DNA of 64,000 nucleotides from a virus. Shown piece after piece: positions 7,865 to 16,089 of this stretch. A program made the translations under genes and the position numbers. The notes under the pieces are model-generated. The model did no database searches, was not told the DNA's origin, and was given only the letters and a program-made list of their open reading frames with translations. The stretch's first letter is position 1. Each line of letters begins with the position of its first letter. The DNA lies in the IMG/VR virus record IMGVR_UViG_3300013114_000583, positions 32,001 through 96,000 of that record. The stretch is one strand, 5' to 3'.

Positions 7865-8311
7865 TTACTCGTTACCACAATTAATGTCAATTGATAGCGG
7901 TTGCGCTTCGGGGCGTGGCGGGACCCGAACAGTCAATAAACCATTCTCAAATGATGCAACAGTTCCGGAAAGATCCAGATTATCATCATAATTTACATAA
8001 GTGCGCTTAAAGGCGCGTTGGGCAATGCGTCGGTTTGGCCGTTCTGTAGGGTGATGAATAGCATCAGCTGAAACTGTAATACTTCGTTTGGCTGGCAAGA
8101 CATCGACGGTCAAATCCTCCTTGGTGAACCCTGCAAGAGCAAATTCAAGCACGGTATGATCATCCTCATCACGATAAATGTCAGCCACTGGATAGCCAGA
8201 TGTTGACGCTTCGAGATGACGTGGAAAATCGCTAAACAAGTTTTCAAACACATTGGCGAGCGTGGTGTTGCCCAATAAACCTGGGCGAGTGGATAGTGTA
8301 ATTGCATTCAT
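7865..8311 (-). CDS. hsp20: small heat-shock protein, Hsp20/IbpA family
   Basis: YPVADIY..LEFALAGFTKEDL..IAQRAFKR..ASFENGLLTVRVP; start 8311 after AAGGAGG. Confidence 0.92.
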   Translation of the reverse strand: MNAITLSTRPGLLGNTTLANVFENLFSDFPRHLEASTSGYPVADIYRDEDDHTVLEFALAGFTKEDLTVDVLPAKRSITVSADAIHHPTERPNRRIAQRAFKRTYVNYDDNLDLSGTVASFENGLLTVRVPPRPEAQPLSIDINCGNE

Positions 8312-8319
8312 AATTATTC

Positions 8320-8336
8320 CTCCTTCATTAAGCAAG
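8320..8336 (-). promoter_or_regulatory. ROSE-like RNA thermometer hairpin occluding the hsp20 SD
   Basis: CUUGCUU-AAUG-AAGGAG: UUGCU motif with a bulged G paired to the SD. Confidence 0.65.
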
Positions 8337-8530
8337 TTACAATTTTGTGACCGAAACCCTTACGGCGTTTAAAGTCACAAATAATAACGTAAACACATTT
8401 TTTTGTGTGTCAACGCTTTCCTGAGAGTTTTCTACTCTCTAGAATCTTTCTCTGCACCTTCAAAAATTGTGTGCGTGTCAATGGAATGTAATTACCAGTG
8501 CGATTATCCTTTACGAAAAATCGCGATGAC

Positions 8531-8728
8531 CTATTTATGCCTCGCAAGTATTTCTCCCTCCCAATCTTCGATGGCAGCTTGACGCAGCAGCTCCGTACTC
8601 TCATCATCATAGACCGCACAGCCCCGAGTTTCAAGGTGAAGCTGCAATTCCGCTCTGGACATCTGCTGTATCTCTATCAAACTTGTATTTGCAAACGTCC
8701 ATCCGACCCGTTCCATTCTAATCTTCAT
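8531..8728 (-). CDS. hypothetical protein
   Basis: 65-aa ORF in the gene run. Confidence 0.6.
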   Translation of the reverse strand: MKIRMERVGWTFANTSLIEIQQMSRAELQLHLETRGCAVYDDESTELLRQAAIEDWEGEILARHK

Positions 8729-8950
8729 TCTTCTGGCCCCACAACCGAATCAACCCACTTTAGGACTGGCAAACCCATAACCAACGACAGGTACACGCCA
8801 AAAATAAACCCACATATTTCAATAAAATCCATGTTTAACCGAAGAGGCCCGCTATTTTACGGCCAATCTCACACAAGCCGTCTACACCGACAGCATCACC
8901 GAGAAGGAAAGCCGTCACAAAAATTATCAGATATTCAAAAAACTTCATCA

Positions 8951-9205
8951 CTAAGCCACAATGTCAGCCACTCGTCGAGCTAATCCGACATGGCAAGAAG
9001 TAGTTTGTGAGTGATACTCCCAATTACCCGGCGAAGTGTAATCGCGGACAATCTTTTTACCAGTAACCTTGCAAGTATCACCTATCTGAAGCCTATAAGA
9101 GAACAATTTCATCCCATCAGTTGTTAGTGAACCGCGGTGGTTTTCGGCGGGTGGGCCTGATACGGACCAGTTGAGGACCACTTGATCATTTCTTACTCTT
9201 TTCAC
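8951..9205 (-). CDS. hypothetical phage protein
   Basis: AAGGA SD; C-terminal SQTTSCHVG motif. Confidence 0.7.
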   Translation of the reverse strand: MKRVRNDQVVLNWSVSGPPAENHRGSLTTDGMKLFSYRLQIGDTCKVTGKKIVRDYTSPGNWEYHSQTTSCHVGLARRVADIVA

Positions 9206-9214
9206 TTTTTTTCC

Positions 9215-9526
9215 TTAATTATCCAGGGTAAAACGTAGACCAAGGCAACCAGGCCCAGACCTGCGATCAAGCAACCTGCTTCGATTATCTTGCGGCGAAT
9301 CATCTTTAATCCTCTTAATTTCCTCGAATACTCTAATTCTATCATCACTCGGGATAGAAGTCAAGATTTTTGAACGACGTGGGTCAGGGAATCTCATCAA
9401 ATGGCGAGCGAGCCTTCTAACCTGTGCATTTGTCATCTGATATAACACTCTTGATTCTCCAATCAAAGCCCTTTTCAACTCGAATTTTATATGCTTCTCT
9501 CGCGGCCTCCGCGAAAGTGTGAGCAT
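9215..9526 (-). CDS. basic hypothetical protein
   Basis: 103-aa ORF in the gene run. Confidence 0.55.
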   Translation of the reverse strand: MLTLSRRPREKHIKFELKRALIGESRVLYQMTNAQVRRLARHLMRFPDPRRSKILTSIPSDDRIRVFEEIKRIKDDSPQDNRSRLLDRRSGPGCLGLRFTLDN

Positions 9527-9599
9527 TAAAAGTTGCGCGGTGAAAAATACTGTTTGTTTTTACATTTTCTAAAATTATATAATAACTTCTCATCTTCCT

Positions 9600-9860
9600 T
9601 TATCCATTATTATGGTGACCAGGATACATCGGAAAAGGCACAGAATAACAATCCTTGACATCAACACGGATTGGATAACGCTTCCCGTTGTCCACCAGCT
9701 TCAGGTTAGCATAAACCTTTGAATTTTTAATGTCTAATTCTAAACCTACTACGCGGGCTTGGTATTTATATCCAAGAGAAACTGTCACCCTATCTCCTGA
9801 TCTAATGTTATTCGGATTATATTTGTCATACAACCTCTCTATTTCTCTGTTTGAAATCAT
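9600..9860 (-). CDS. SH3/KOW-like protein (divergent family member)
   Basis: IRSGDRVTV...ARVVGL...; GAGGA SD. Confidence 0.7.
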   Translation of the reverse strand: MISNREIERLYDKYNPNNIRSGDRVTVSLGYKYQARVVGLELDIKNSKVYANLKLVDNGKRYPIRVDVKDCYSVPFPMYPGHHNNG

Positions 9861-9878
9861 TATTTATCCTCTGGTCCT

Positions 9879-9965
9879 TGGTAGCTAGGGCGGGACTCGA
9901 ACCCGCAAAGTCAAATGACCGGCAGATTTTAAGTCTGCTGTGTATGCCAGTTCCACCACCTAGCC
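9879..9965 (-). tRNA. trnL: tRNA-Leu(TAA), CCA encoded
   Basis: GGCTAGG acceptor, GCAGA-CTTAAAA-TCTGC anticodon arm, long variable arm, GGTTCGAGTCC, ACCA end. Confidence 0.95.
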
Positions 9966-9969
9966 TCAG

Positions 9970-10042
9970 TGGGGCATCCGAGGCTCGAACTCGGAACCAG
10001 CGGATTAAAAGTCCGATGCGCTACCAATTGCGCCAATGCCCC
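9970..10042 (-). tRNA. trnK: tRNA-Lys(TTT)
   Basis: GGGGCAT acceptor, CGGA-CTTTTAA-TCCG, GTTCGAG T-loop; no CCA. Confidence 0.93.
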
Positions 10043-10052
10043 ATTATTTATA

Positions 10053-10081
10053 ATAATAGCATGATTTATGGCGGTTGTCAA
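10053..10081 (-). promoter_or_regulatory. sigma70 promoter for the tRNA pair
   Basis: TTGACA-17-TATTAT. Confidence 0.8.
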
Positions 10082-10239
10082 GCTCTTTCTATTCGAGAAA
10101 ATTTGATCTTATCACCATACTCTTCAAGGAGTTTTTGCTTCTTTTTCTCACAAATACTCTTGAGTGCGTAAATGTGTTGGCTTTCTCCTCTGGAGACCCT
10201 ATACGTCAAACGATAAATCACTTCTTCTTTTTTTGGCAT
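10078..10239 (-). CDS. small basic protein, 53 aa (not in track)
   Basis: MPKKEEVIYRLTYRVSRGESQHIYALKSICEKKKQKLLEEYGDKIKFSRIERA. Confidence 0.55.
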   Translation of the reverse strand: MPKKEEVIYRLTYRVSRGESQHIYALKSICEKKKQKLLEEYGDKIKFSRIERA

Positions 10240-10397
10240 CTCTTCACCATCTCTAAATGAATAGGACTAACAATCCATTCATTTCCTGTTTCTGTTCTAA
10301 TTACGGCATCCATCGTGTAGGCGTAAAATCCAACTACCTCGCCCTCAATGTTGCCCTTGTTTGTGATCTTAACTCGATCACCCCTTTTAAAGCTCAT
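10218..10397 (-). CDS. MKVGDLV-family mini-protein, 59 aa (not in track)
   Basis: MSFKRGDRVKI...GEVVG...WIVSPIHLEMV; GGAGG SD, ATGA overlap. Confidence 0.75.
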   Translation of the reverse strand: MSFKRGDRVKITNKGNIEGEVVGFYAYTMDAVIRTETGNEWIVSPIHLEMVKRCQKKKK

Positions 10398-10612
10398 TTT
10401 ACCTCCACCTTATGTAAATATCTAACTGCGCAATTCCCCGTATGGGGGATGGCCCATTCTCGTTTTCCACCACGAGTACCAGACCAATAGACGCGGGCCC
10501 GCATTGGCTCCCCCAAGCTATTCTTCAGGGTAATCTCTGTTACGACACCCAAGCCATACAACTCAGGTGGAGCACAGAAATTATCCATAGTCACCAGATC
10601 ACCTACTTTCAC
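10394..10612 (-). CDS. MKVGDLV-family mini-protein
   Basis: Family N-terminus; starts in a 14-nt junction. Confidence 0.85.
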   Translation of the reverse strand: MKVGDLVTMDNFCAPPELYGLGVVTEITLKNSLGEPMRARVYWSGTRGGKREWAIPHTGNCAVRYLHKVEVK

Positions 10613-10787
10613 TGACTAGCTCCACGAAATTAGCACCAAACTTAGTATAATGCGAACCAACCATGACTCGTAAAGTTCGTTGAGACGAAGGTCGATGATG
10701 ATCACCGATCCCTACTACGATTCCGACCTTCCCGCCCCACCAGTAATAGCTATCCTCTGGCAATCTGACCAAATCACCGACTTTCAC
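10599..10787 (-). CDS. MKVGDLV-family mini-protein
   Basis: MKVGDLV...ELVSESR. Confidence 0.85.
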   Translation of the reverse strand: MKVGDLVRLPEDSYYWWGGKVGIVVGIGDHHRPSSQRTLRVMVGSHYTKFGANFVELVSESR

Positions 10788-10959
10788 TTAACACCTCAAA
10801 ATCTGTGTCATAGCTTAACACCTCATAGTCACCATCGAAGTAAAGACACATCATGAACGCAGGCTGATCGCCGGTTGTCGCGACAACCTCCGTTATGATT
10901 CCAACCGGATGGACGCCGGGCGAGACTATATTCACTTTTATCAAATCACCGACTTTCAC
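10774..10959 (-). CDS. MKVGDLV-family mini-protein
   Basis: MKVGDLI...EVLSESR. Confidence 0.85.
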   Translation of the reverse strand: MKVGDLIKVNIVSPGVHPVGIITEVVATTGDQPAFMMCLYFDGDYEVLSYDTDFEVLSESR

Positions 10960-11134
10960 TAATAACCTCTATATCTCTGATGTCTGACCAGAATGTACCA
11001 TAGTCACCGTCCCAACGTACCCTGTACGACATATGGTCACGGTCAACGGCAGCAAAACGGGCTTCAATGATTAGGCCCACGAACACCCTGCCTCTGGGTC
11101 GACCCCGCTTCTGAACCAAGTCACCGACTTTCAC
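10946..11134 (-). CDS. MKVGDLV-family mini-protein
   Basis: MKVGDLV...YRVRW...EVISESR. Confidence 0.85.
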   Translation of the reverse strand: MKVGDLVQKRGRPRGRVFVGLIIEARFAAVDRDHMSYRVRWDGDYGTFWSDIRDIEVISESR

Positions 11135-11309
11135 TTACAACCTCCAAGCTTGGGGTGATAGTAGTAAACAACTGACCCGTTACCACCGATCGGATCTTAA
11201 GCGGAAAACCATGATGCTCAACTATAATACACAAACGATGACCCTCTGGTAAGTGTCTTAGATCCATCGGCGGAAGGCCAGTCCATCGCACCAAGTCACC
11301 GACCTTCAT
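11121..11309 (-). CDS. MKVGDLV-family mini-protein
   Basis: Start at junction ATG 11309; ends EVVSESR. Confidence 0.85.
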   Translation of the reverse strand: MKVGDLVRWTGLPPMDLRHLPEGHRLCIIVEHHGFPLKIRSVVTGQLFTTITPSLEVVSESR

Positions 11310-11536
11310 TTCCATAGTGTCACGATATGGCCGAACTCTCTATCAAATACCTTAACCAAGCCCTCGTAATCACCCATCATCATCACTTTGCAGATGGCAG
11401 CAATTCGGCTTTCTGAATATCCCAGCTTTCGACCGATGGTTCGAGCAGCGGAACATAAAGCAAAGGCGTTCCCCTCTGCCCCGGTTAGATCAATTTCAAT
11501 AGACCCTATGGGTTTATCCTTTTTTGAGCGAATCAT
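11306..11536 (-). CDS. conserved phage hypothetical protein embedded in the array
   Basis: IEIDLTGAEGNAFAL...GDYEGLVKVFDREFG; not SH3-family; 4-nt overlaps on both sides. Confidence 0.85.
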   Translation of the reverse strand: MIRSKKDKPIGSIEIDLTGAEGNAFALCSAARTIGRKLGYSESRIAAICKVMMMGDYEGLVKVFDREFGHIVTLWK

Positions 11537-11736
11537 TGAGCGGTACTTCTCACGATGAATTCGTTTTTTCTGTAGTACCGCACAGGCTCGCCAGGATATA
11601 AAACCTTTATTGAGTATCCGTCGAAGGCAGGATTAACCGTGGCGTGGACATGGTTGCCGATGTAGACACCGACCGTACCTTGTTCGTGAGGTTCAATCCT
11701 GCCCCAACGCTTCTGTACCAAATCACCGACTTTCAC
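11533..11736 (-). CDS. MKVGDLV-family mini-protein
   Basis: Family N-terminus. Confidence 0.85.
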   Translation of the reverse strand: MKVGDLVQKRWGRIEPHEQGTVGVYIGNHVHATVNPAFDGYSIKVLYPGEPVRYYRKNEFIVRSTAQ

Positions 11737-11890
11737 TGATAACCTCGTATTCGCTCATCCACTCCCAATAAATGCTGCTCTCCGTATCAAGAATCAAAAT
11801 ATGCGGGACGGTATGCCGTTGATTCTTGATCTCAAGAACAATTCCTGAGCAGCCTGCGCTTTTGTTCCTCACCAAGTCACCGACCTTCAT
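11723..11890 (-). CDS. MKVGDLV-family mini-protein, 55 aa (not in track)
   Basis: MKVGDLVRNKSAGCSGIVLEIKNQRHTVPHILILDTESSIYWEWMSEYEVISESR. Confidence 0.85.
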   Translation of the reverse strand: MKVGDLVRNKSAGCSGIVLEIKNQRHTVPHILILDTESSIYWEWMSEYEVISESR

Positions 11891-12077
11891 TTAGCACCAC
11901 CAACATATCAGCACGAATCATCTTTGATCCCGAAGACACCAGTGCTACCTTATACCAAAGATGATTTGAGATCCCGTAGTCCACCCCAGACTCAGTAGAA
12001 ACAACAATACCAACTTCACCATACCAAGGTGGCCTAAGTGTGCCGCCTTCCATTTTTACTAAATCACCTGCGCGCAT
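11877..12077 (-). CDS. MKVGDLV-family mini-protein
   Basis: Start MRAGDLV at 12077; ends VLNEGR. Confidence 0.85.
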   Translation of the reverse strand: MRAGDLVKMEGGTLRPPWYGEVGIVVSTESGVDYGISNHLWYKVALVSSGSKMIRADMLVVLNEGR

Positions 12078-12279
12078 ATTTAAGTTCCAACCTTGAGTGT
12101 GCAGGAGGGAATCGGTCGCTACGATTGGAATCAGCCTTTGTCCATTGAACATAATAAGGATAATTTCGACCAGGGAGTACCTTGGTTATTAGCCCCACCT
12201 GGTCTTCGCGTGCTAACCAAAGGTTGTAGTCGCGATCTTTGCCGTATGCGGACAACCTCACTAGATCACCGACCTTCAC
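12064..12279 (-). CDS. MKVGDLV-family mini-protein (LSAYG subtype)
   Basis: Closest paralog is 16836..17063. Confidence 0.85.
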   Translation of the reverse strand: MKVGDLVRLSAYGKDRDYNLWLAREDQVGLITKVLPGRNYPYYVQWTKADSNRSDRFPPAHSRLELKYARR

Positions 12280-12469
12280 TTACCACCTTCAAATCATAGT
12301 CCCACACATTGTTCCCAACGGTACCGTTCCACCACAAGACCTTGAACACCTTATTGGTGCAACCCAGACCCTTGTTGTGTCCGATATTCTCAACGATCAC
12401 ACCAATCTTGTTCGGCACAATCCGGAACCTGCTTGGATGGTTGTCTTTCACTAAGTCACCGACTTTCAC
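12266..12469 (-). CDS. MKVGDLV-family mini-protein
   Basis: Ends KVVSEGR. Confidence 0.85.
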   Translation of the reverse strand: MKVGDLVKDNHPSRFRIVPNKIGVIVENIGHNKGLGCTNKVFKVLWWNGTVGNNVWDYDLKVVSEGR

Positions 12470-12690
12470 TTTGTCAACCTCGTGAAATAATCACAATGAA
12501 CTGTCTTTTTGCTACCATCATGGTGCAAAAGGTCAGCCCAGCCCTCCTCTAGCGAATTATTGCCAGTCCAGCCCAGAAAAATCAGCGGTGATGCGCGGGC
12601 GACCGATTGTGCAAACCACTCAGAAGGCTTAACATGCTCTAGCTCCGGTACCGAACCCCAGTTAAGAAAAACCAAATCACCAACCTTCAT
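12466..12690 (-). CDS. MKVGDLV-family mini-protein
   Basis: Stops at the first TGA of the junction (GTGA overlap). Confidence 0.85.
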   Translation of the reverse strand: MKVGDLVFLNWGSVPELEHVKPSEWFAQSVARASPLIFLGWTGNNSLEEGWADLLHHDGSKKTVHCDYFTRLTK

Positions 12691-12869
12691 AATTTAATCA
12701 GCTCCTCCTCTGAATACCAATCCCTCTCCGAAATACAGTGGTCCACCCATCGTACCCTGTACGGAACTCTTCCAGCTTTCGCCCGGTTTGATTCTATCCC
12801 TATAACGAGACCAACCTCTATGCGGCGGTGGCCATGATGGCGGTACCGAACCAAATCACCGACTTTCAT
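12687..12869 (-). CDS. MKVGDLV-family mini-protein
   Basis: YRVRW...WYSEEELIKL; ATGA overlap. Confidence 0.85.
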   Translation of the reverse strand: MKVGDLVRYRHHGHRRIEVGLVIGIESNRAKAGRVPYRVRWVDHCISERDWYSEEELIKL

Positions 12870-13047
12870 TGATTACTTCCAAGTCTTCTCTCTTGGTGAG
12901 GGTTCTTACATTATTGTCTTTATTCCACATTACGGCCTTCCTTTCATCTGTTCCAGGGATGCACCGAATAATGAGACCACACCAGTCTTTCCAATAGTTT
13001 ATAACAACCCCGTTTGGTGTGTATCTTACCAAGTCACCGACTTTCAC
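12856..13047 (-). CDS. MKVGDLV-family mini-protein
   Basis: Ends DLEVINESR. Confidence 0.85.
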   Translation of the reverse strand: MKVGDLVRYTPNGVVINYWKDWCGLIIRCIPGTDERKAVMWNKDNNVRTLTKREDLEVINESR

Positions 13048-13231
13048 TGACTAACTCCAAGTGAACCGGATCAACCTGGCTCATACCACAATCGCAACAA
13101 ATGATAAAACTGTGGGCACGTTGGGCGTAGGGCATTTGGTACGCCGTGACCACAATCGCTGTCGCACATCTTACATCGCCCGCTTGACCCGAACAGCAAA
13201 GTATCGGTCTTACCAGGTCACCGACCTTCAT
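13034..13231 (-). CDS. MKVGDLV-family mini-protein, Cys-rich
   Basis: 6 Cys; ends ELVSESR. Confidence 0.85.
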   Translation of the reverse strand: MKVGDLVRPILCCSGQAGDVRCATAIVVTAYQMPYAQRAHSFIICCDCGMSQVDPVHLELVSESR

Positions 13232-13500
13232 GGAATCTGCACCCCGTTCCTAATAACCTCAAATTCGCTTCTAAGGTTGTGGATGTTTGTGCCAGCATAA
13301 CCATGAGCGCGGTTGTACATTTGCGGGATCTCTCCCTGCCATGCAACAAACACGTTGTTTTGGTGCCCCCACTTATCCTTACGAATCTCGTATACAACTC
13401 CAGTATATACCCGGCCTTGATAACCGCTGCTCCAGCGGACGCGGTCGTCAGGAGTGACGACGAGCAAGTCACCAAGTTTTGGATGCCTACTTTGCCTCAC
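13228..13500 (-). CDS. MKVGDLV-family protein (extended)
   Basis: PKLGDLLVV...GVVYEI...VFVAW...FEVI. Confidence 0.8.
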   Translation of the reverse strand: MRQSRHPKLGDLLVVTPDDRVRWSSGYQGRVYTGVVYEIRKDKWGHQNNVFVAWQGEIPQMYNRAHGYAGTNIHNLRSEFEVIRNGVQIP

Positions 13501-13672
13501 TGATTAGCTCACAATCATTTTCAATGTACTCCCTGGGAAACCAAGCTACGTTGGGGACGCCCCTAACCACGTCTGCTACCTTATACGTAATAACATCAGA
13601 TTTACTGTCCTTGTCCACTATCAATCCTATCTCGGGATAACCTTTTTCTCTCACCAAATCACCGACTTTCAC
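13487..13672 (-). CDS. MKVGDLV-family mini-protein
   Basis: Ends ELISEAK, 14-nt overlap. Confidence 0.85.
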   Translation of the reverse strand: MKVGDLVREKGYPEIGLIVDKDSKSDVITYKVADVVRGVPNVAWFPREYIENDCELISEAK

Positions 13673-13865
13673 TGATTACATCCACATACTGCTCGTTCCA
13701 CCGCTCTTTGTGTCCTAGATTTGTTAACACCCAAATATCAGGATGTAGACACGGACTTTGGTCAATGTGTGTAAGTTCCCCGTCGTACCCAACCGCAAGA
13801 ATGAAACCAGTGGAATTCCAGCTTATATATTCAGACTTGTATTTTACTATGTCACCGACCTTCAC
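13659..13865 (-). CDS. MKVGDLV-family mini-protein
   Basis: MKVGDIV...DVISESR. Confidence 0.85.
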   Translation of the reverse strand: MKVGDIVKYKSEYISWNSTGFILAVGYDGELTHIDQSPCLHPDIWVLTNLGHKERWNEQYVDVISESR

Positions 13866-14055
13866 TGATTAACTCCAGGTCTTCCTCAAAACAACTATCA
13901 AATTCACCGCTCTGTATCAGTACGTCAACAAGATAATAACATTCATATGGATAAGCCTCTCCACCCGGCTTGCAATCTTCGGAAAGCCTAGGCTTAGACA
14001 TAACAATACCTACTTCATCACAGTGTACTACGAAGACCAAATCACCGGGTTTCAT
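13852..14055 (-). CDS. MKVGDLV-family mini-protein
   Basis: MKPGDLV...DLELISEGR. Confidence 0.85.
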   Translation of the reverse strand: MKPGDLVFVVHCDEVGIVMSKPRLSEDCKPGGEAYPYECYYLVDVLIQSGEFDSCFEEDLELISEGR

Positions 14056-14230
14056 TTTTTATTGCTTGCACATCTTCAGAAGACTCCCAAACCGTATCAA
14101 TTATTGACGGCCTGCACCACCTAACTTTAGCCATTTTCGATTCAACGCAAAGAACCAAACCAACATCATTAAGGACTTTTTCAGTCATCCACTCATTCGG
14201 TTTGTATTTGACCAAATCACCGGGTTTCAT
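14042..14230 (-). CDS. MKVGDLV-family mini-protein
   Basis: MKPGDLV...KNETR. Confidence 0.85.
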   Translation of the reverse strand: MKPGDLVKYKPNEWMTEKVLNDVGLVLCVESKMAKVRWCRPSIIDTVWESSEDVQAIKNETR

Positions 14231-14414
14231 CTACTTCGCCCCAAGCGCACTCCATAACCGCCGCAGAACACTCGTCCAAAGCTATCTTTAGTTTAGATTC
14301 TTCTAGGGAATTACACGATGTCTCTGGTTCGCCAGGTGACGAACTTTTGTGGGTAGCATACGCAAATACCATGAGCAAAATTCCTAATGCTATAACTAGC
14401 TCGCCAATTTTCAT
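14217..14414 (-). CDS. membrane-anchored small protein using array junctions
   Basis: MKIGELV followed by a TM helix; ends EVDETR in a 14-nt junction. Confidence 0.75.
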   Translation of the reverse strand: MKIGELVIALGILLMVFAYATHKSSSPGEPETSCNSLEESKLKIALDECSAAVMECAWGEVDETR

Positions 14415-14737
14415 CTTTCAGTCCAAGGGCCTTTAACAACATTTCCCAGCTCAAACCCAGCTTGGAGTGCAGCGTCTCGGGCTGCCTCTATCTGTGCAGA
14501 ATATTCAGAAGTCAGTGACCACTTAATAGTCGCAGAGGCGTCATCGAGAACGCCCTGTACCTTACCCTCGCAAATACAAGCGAGCAAGGTACAAAACATG
14601 GCTGATGCGCGAGGATCGTCAAAAACTCCGGTTTCATAAGCATGAGCAATATCGTGTAATATCTTCGTACCTTGACGGTTCACGTTTTTCTTTGCAGACA
14701 AGAAGGATTCATACAACTCGGACATAAAAGTCTCCAT
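14411..14737 (-). CDS. hypothetical protein, first gene of the array operon
   Basis: Directly behind promoter 14757-14785. Confidence 0.75.
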   Translation of the reverse strand: METFMSELYESFLSAKKNVNRQGTKILHDIAHAYETGVFDDPRASAMFCTLLACICEGKVQGVLDDASATIKWSLTSEYSAQIEAARDAALQAGFELGNVVKGPWTER

Positions 14738-14756
14738 AGATTTCTAGTGTATATAT

Positions 14757-14785
14757 ATAATATCATGGCCAGAACAACAAGTCAA
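14757..14785 (-). promoter_or_regulatory. sigma70 promoter heading mini-protein array 1
   Basis: TTGACT-17-TATTAT followed by ATATATACAC. Confidence 0.75.
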
Positions 14786-14907
14786 GGACATAGTTCATTT
14801 ATTTATGAGACATCGATGTCTCACTATTTACGCCACCAATCAATAGCAAGTTGACCAACAAATAGACCAATAGCAATCGCGAACACTGTCGCAATAAAAC
14901 TTGACAT

Positions 14908-15228
14908 TTACCCCCCCTTTCGTAAAACCTCATCCAGTACAATTCCGCGATCGAACGAACCCTTAGTTTCTCGTTTTATAGAAGCCGTCCTCTTAACATC
15001 ATTCAAAGACAGTTTCCAGTTTTTTACCAAAGATAAAAAAACCTCATAAATATCCGCTGCTTCATCGAGACATGGAGTCTCTGAAAATTCAAGTAGTTCC
15101 TCCCTCATCTTCTCGATGAGAAGGGCGTCAAATTCTGCGCTGTCAGCAACGTGGGCGCGCAGCTCTTGGCCGGATTCTCTTATGATTCCTGGTATCTTAT
15201 CTCTTACCAGTTTTGGTAAACGCGCCAT
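14908..15228 (-). CDS. MazG/HisE-like nucleoside triphosphate pyrophosphohydrolase
   Basis: KLVRDKIP...EKMREELLEF...DEAADIYEV...KRETKGSF. Confidence 0.85.
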   Translation of the reverse strand: MARLPKLVRDKIPGIIRESGQELRAHVADSAEFDALLIEKMREELLEFSETPCLDEAADIYEVFLSLVKNWKLSLNDVKRTASIKRETKGSFDRGIVLDEVLRKGG

Positions 15229-15230
15229 TC

Positions 15231-15713
15231 CTAAGTATCTTCGTCGGTATCTTCGTCGGTATCTTCGTCGGTATCTTCGTCGGTCTGAATTTCGACTAAC
15301 TCAATCTTAAAATTCAAATCCTTACCCGCCATCGGATGATTAAAATCAATAGTGACATTCTCTTCTGATTCGTTCAATATAGTGCCCATAACAGGGCCGC
15401 CTGCAGGGTTTGTTCCATGAACCACGGATCCTTTTACAAACGGAAAATCCGGCGGAAACTGTTCCTTTGGTACCTCTTGAATCGCCTCTGGGTGATGTGG
15501 GCCATATGCCTGATCGGAAGTTAACGTAATCTCTTTCGTTTCCCCCACAGTCATTCCTAGAACATTCTCTTCAAATCCGGGGATCATCATACCTGCTCCA
15601 AGCGTGAAACTAATTGGCTCCCCTCTGTCAAATGAACTGTCAAACTGTTCGCCGTCAGGGAACGTGCCCCTGTAGTGTACCTGTACCGTGTTTCCATTCT
15701 CTACTTTACTCAT
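15231..15713 (-). CDS. FKBP-type peptidyl-prolyl isomerase, SlyD/SlpA-like
   Basis: VQVHYRGT..G.QFDSS..MIPGFEE..AYGP..IDFNHPMAGKDLNFKIELV. Confidence 0.93.
   Translation of the reverse strand: MSKVENGNTVQVHYRGTFPDGEQFDSSFDRGEPISFTLGAGMMIPGFEENVLGMTVGETKEITLTSDQAYGPHHPEAIQEVPKEQFPPDFPFVKGSVVHGTNPAGGPVMGTILNESEENVTIDFNHPMAGKDLNFKIELVEIQTDEDTDEDTDEDTDEDT
15235..15284. repeat. 12-bp tandem repeat x4 encoding the acidic tail (TDED)4
   Basis: GTATCTTCGTCG, four perfect copies. Confidence 0.95.
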
Positions 15714-15741
15714 TTTTTCTCCTTTATCTGAGCATACACAA

Positions 15742-15770
15742 ATTATACCTTATCTAAATATAAATGTAAA
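15742..15770 (-). promoter_or_regulatory. sigma70 promoter
   Basis: TTTACA-17-TATAAT. Confidence 0.75.
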
Positions 15771-15792
15771 CCTTTTTCTTACTTATTTTATA

Positions 15793-15865
15793 AGCTGACG
15801 GTGAGACTCGAACTCACAACCTGCTGCTTACAAGGCAGCTGCTCTGCCGGTTGAGCTACGTCAGC
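15793..15865 (-). tRNA. trnT: tRNA-Thr(TGT)
   Basis: GCTGACG acceptor, GCTGC-CTTGTAA-GCAGC, GTTCGAG; no CCA. Confidence 0.93.
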
Positions 15866-16089
15866 ACATCCTGTAGTTGGTGTCTGGTCAACGGTTTGGT
15901 GACCAATGCTAATTCGTCTGGGCCGCTCCACCTCCGAAAAAACCGATTGCCTGTTTTAAACCAACAAACTTTAAACTGCGGGATCGCCTTGCACCCATTC
16001 TCTGCTATGATATAACCAACTGGCATTTTCTGGAAAGCATAGTCTACGCGAAAATTCTTCTTCATTTTAACAATGTCACCGACCTTCAC
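15856..16089 (-). CDS. MKVGDLV-family mini-protein
   Basis: MKVGDIV; stop lies inside the tRNA-Thr 5' end. Confidence 0.8.
   Translation of the reverse strand: MKVGDIVKMKKNFRVDYAFQKMPVGYIIAENGCKAIPQFKVCWFKTGNRFFRRWSGPDELALVTKPLTRHQLQDVLT

Noticed and set aside
13218-13475. Alternative-frame ORF ending FHEGR at a junction
   Set aside because: It overlaps 13228..13500, which has the family pattern. Its junction-like tail arises automatically from the dual-stop joint.
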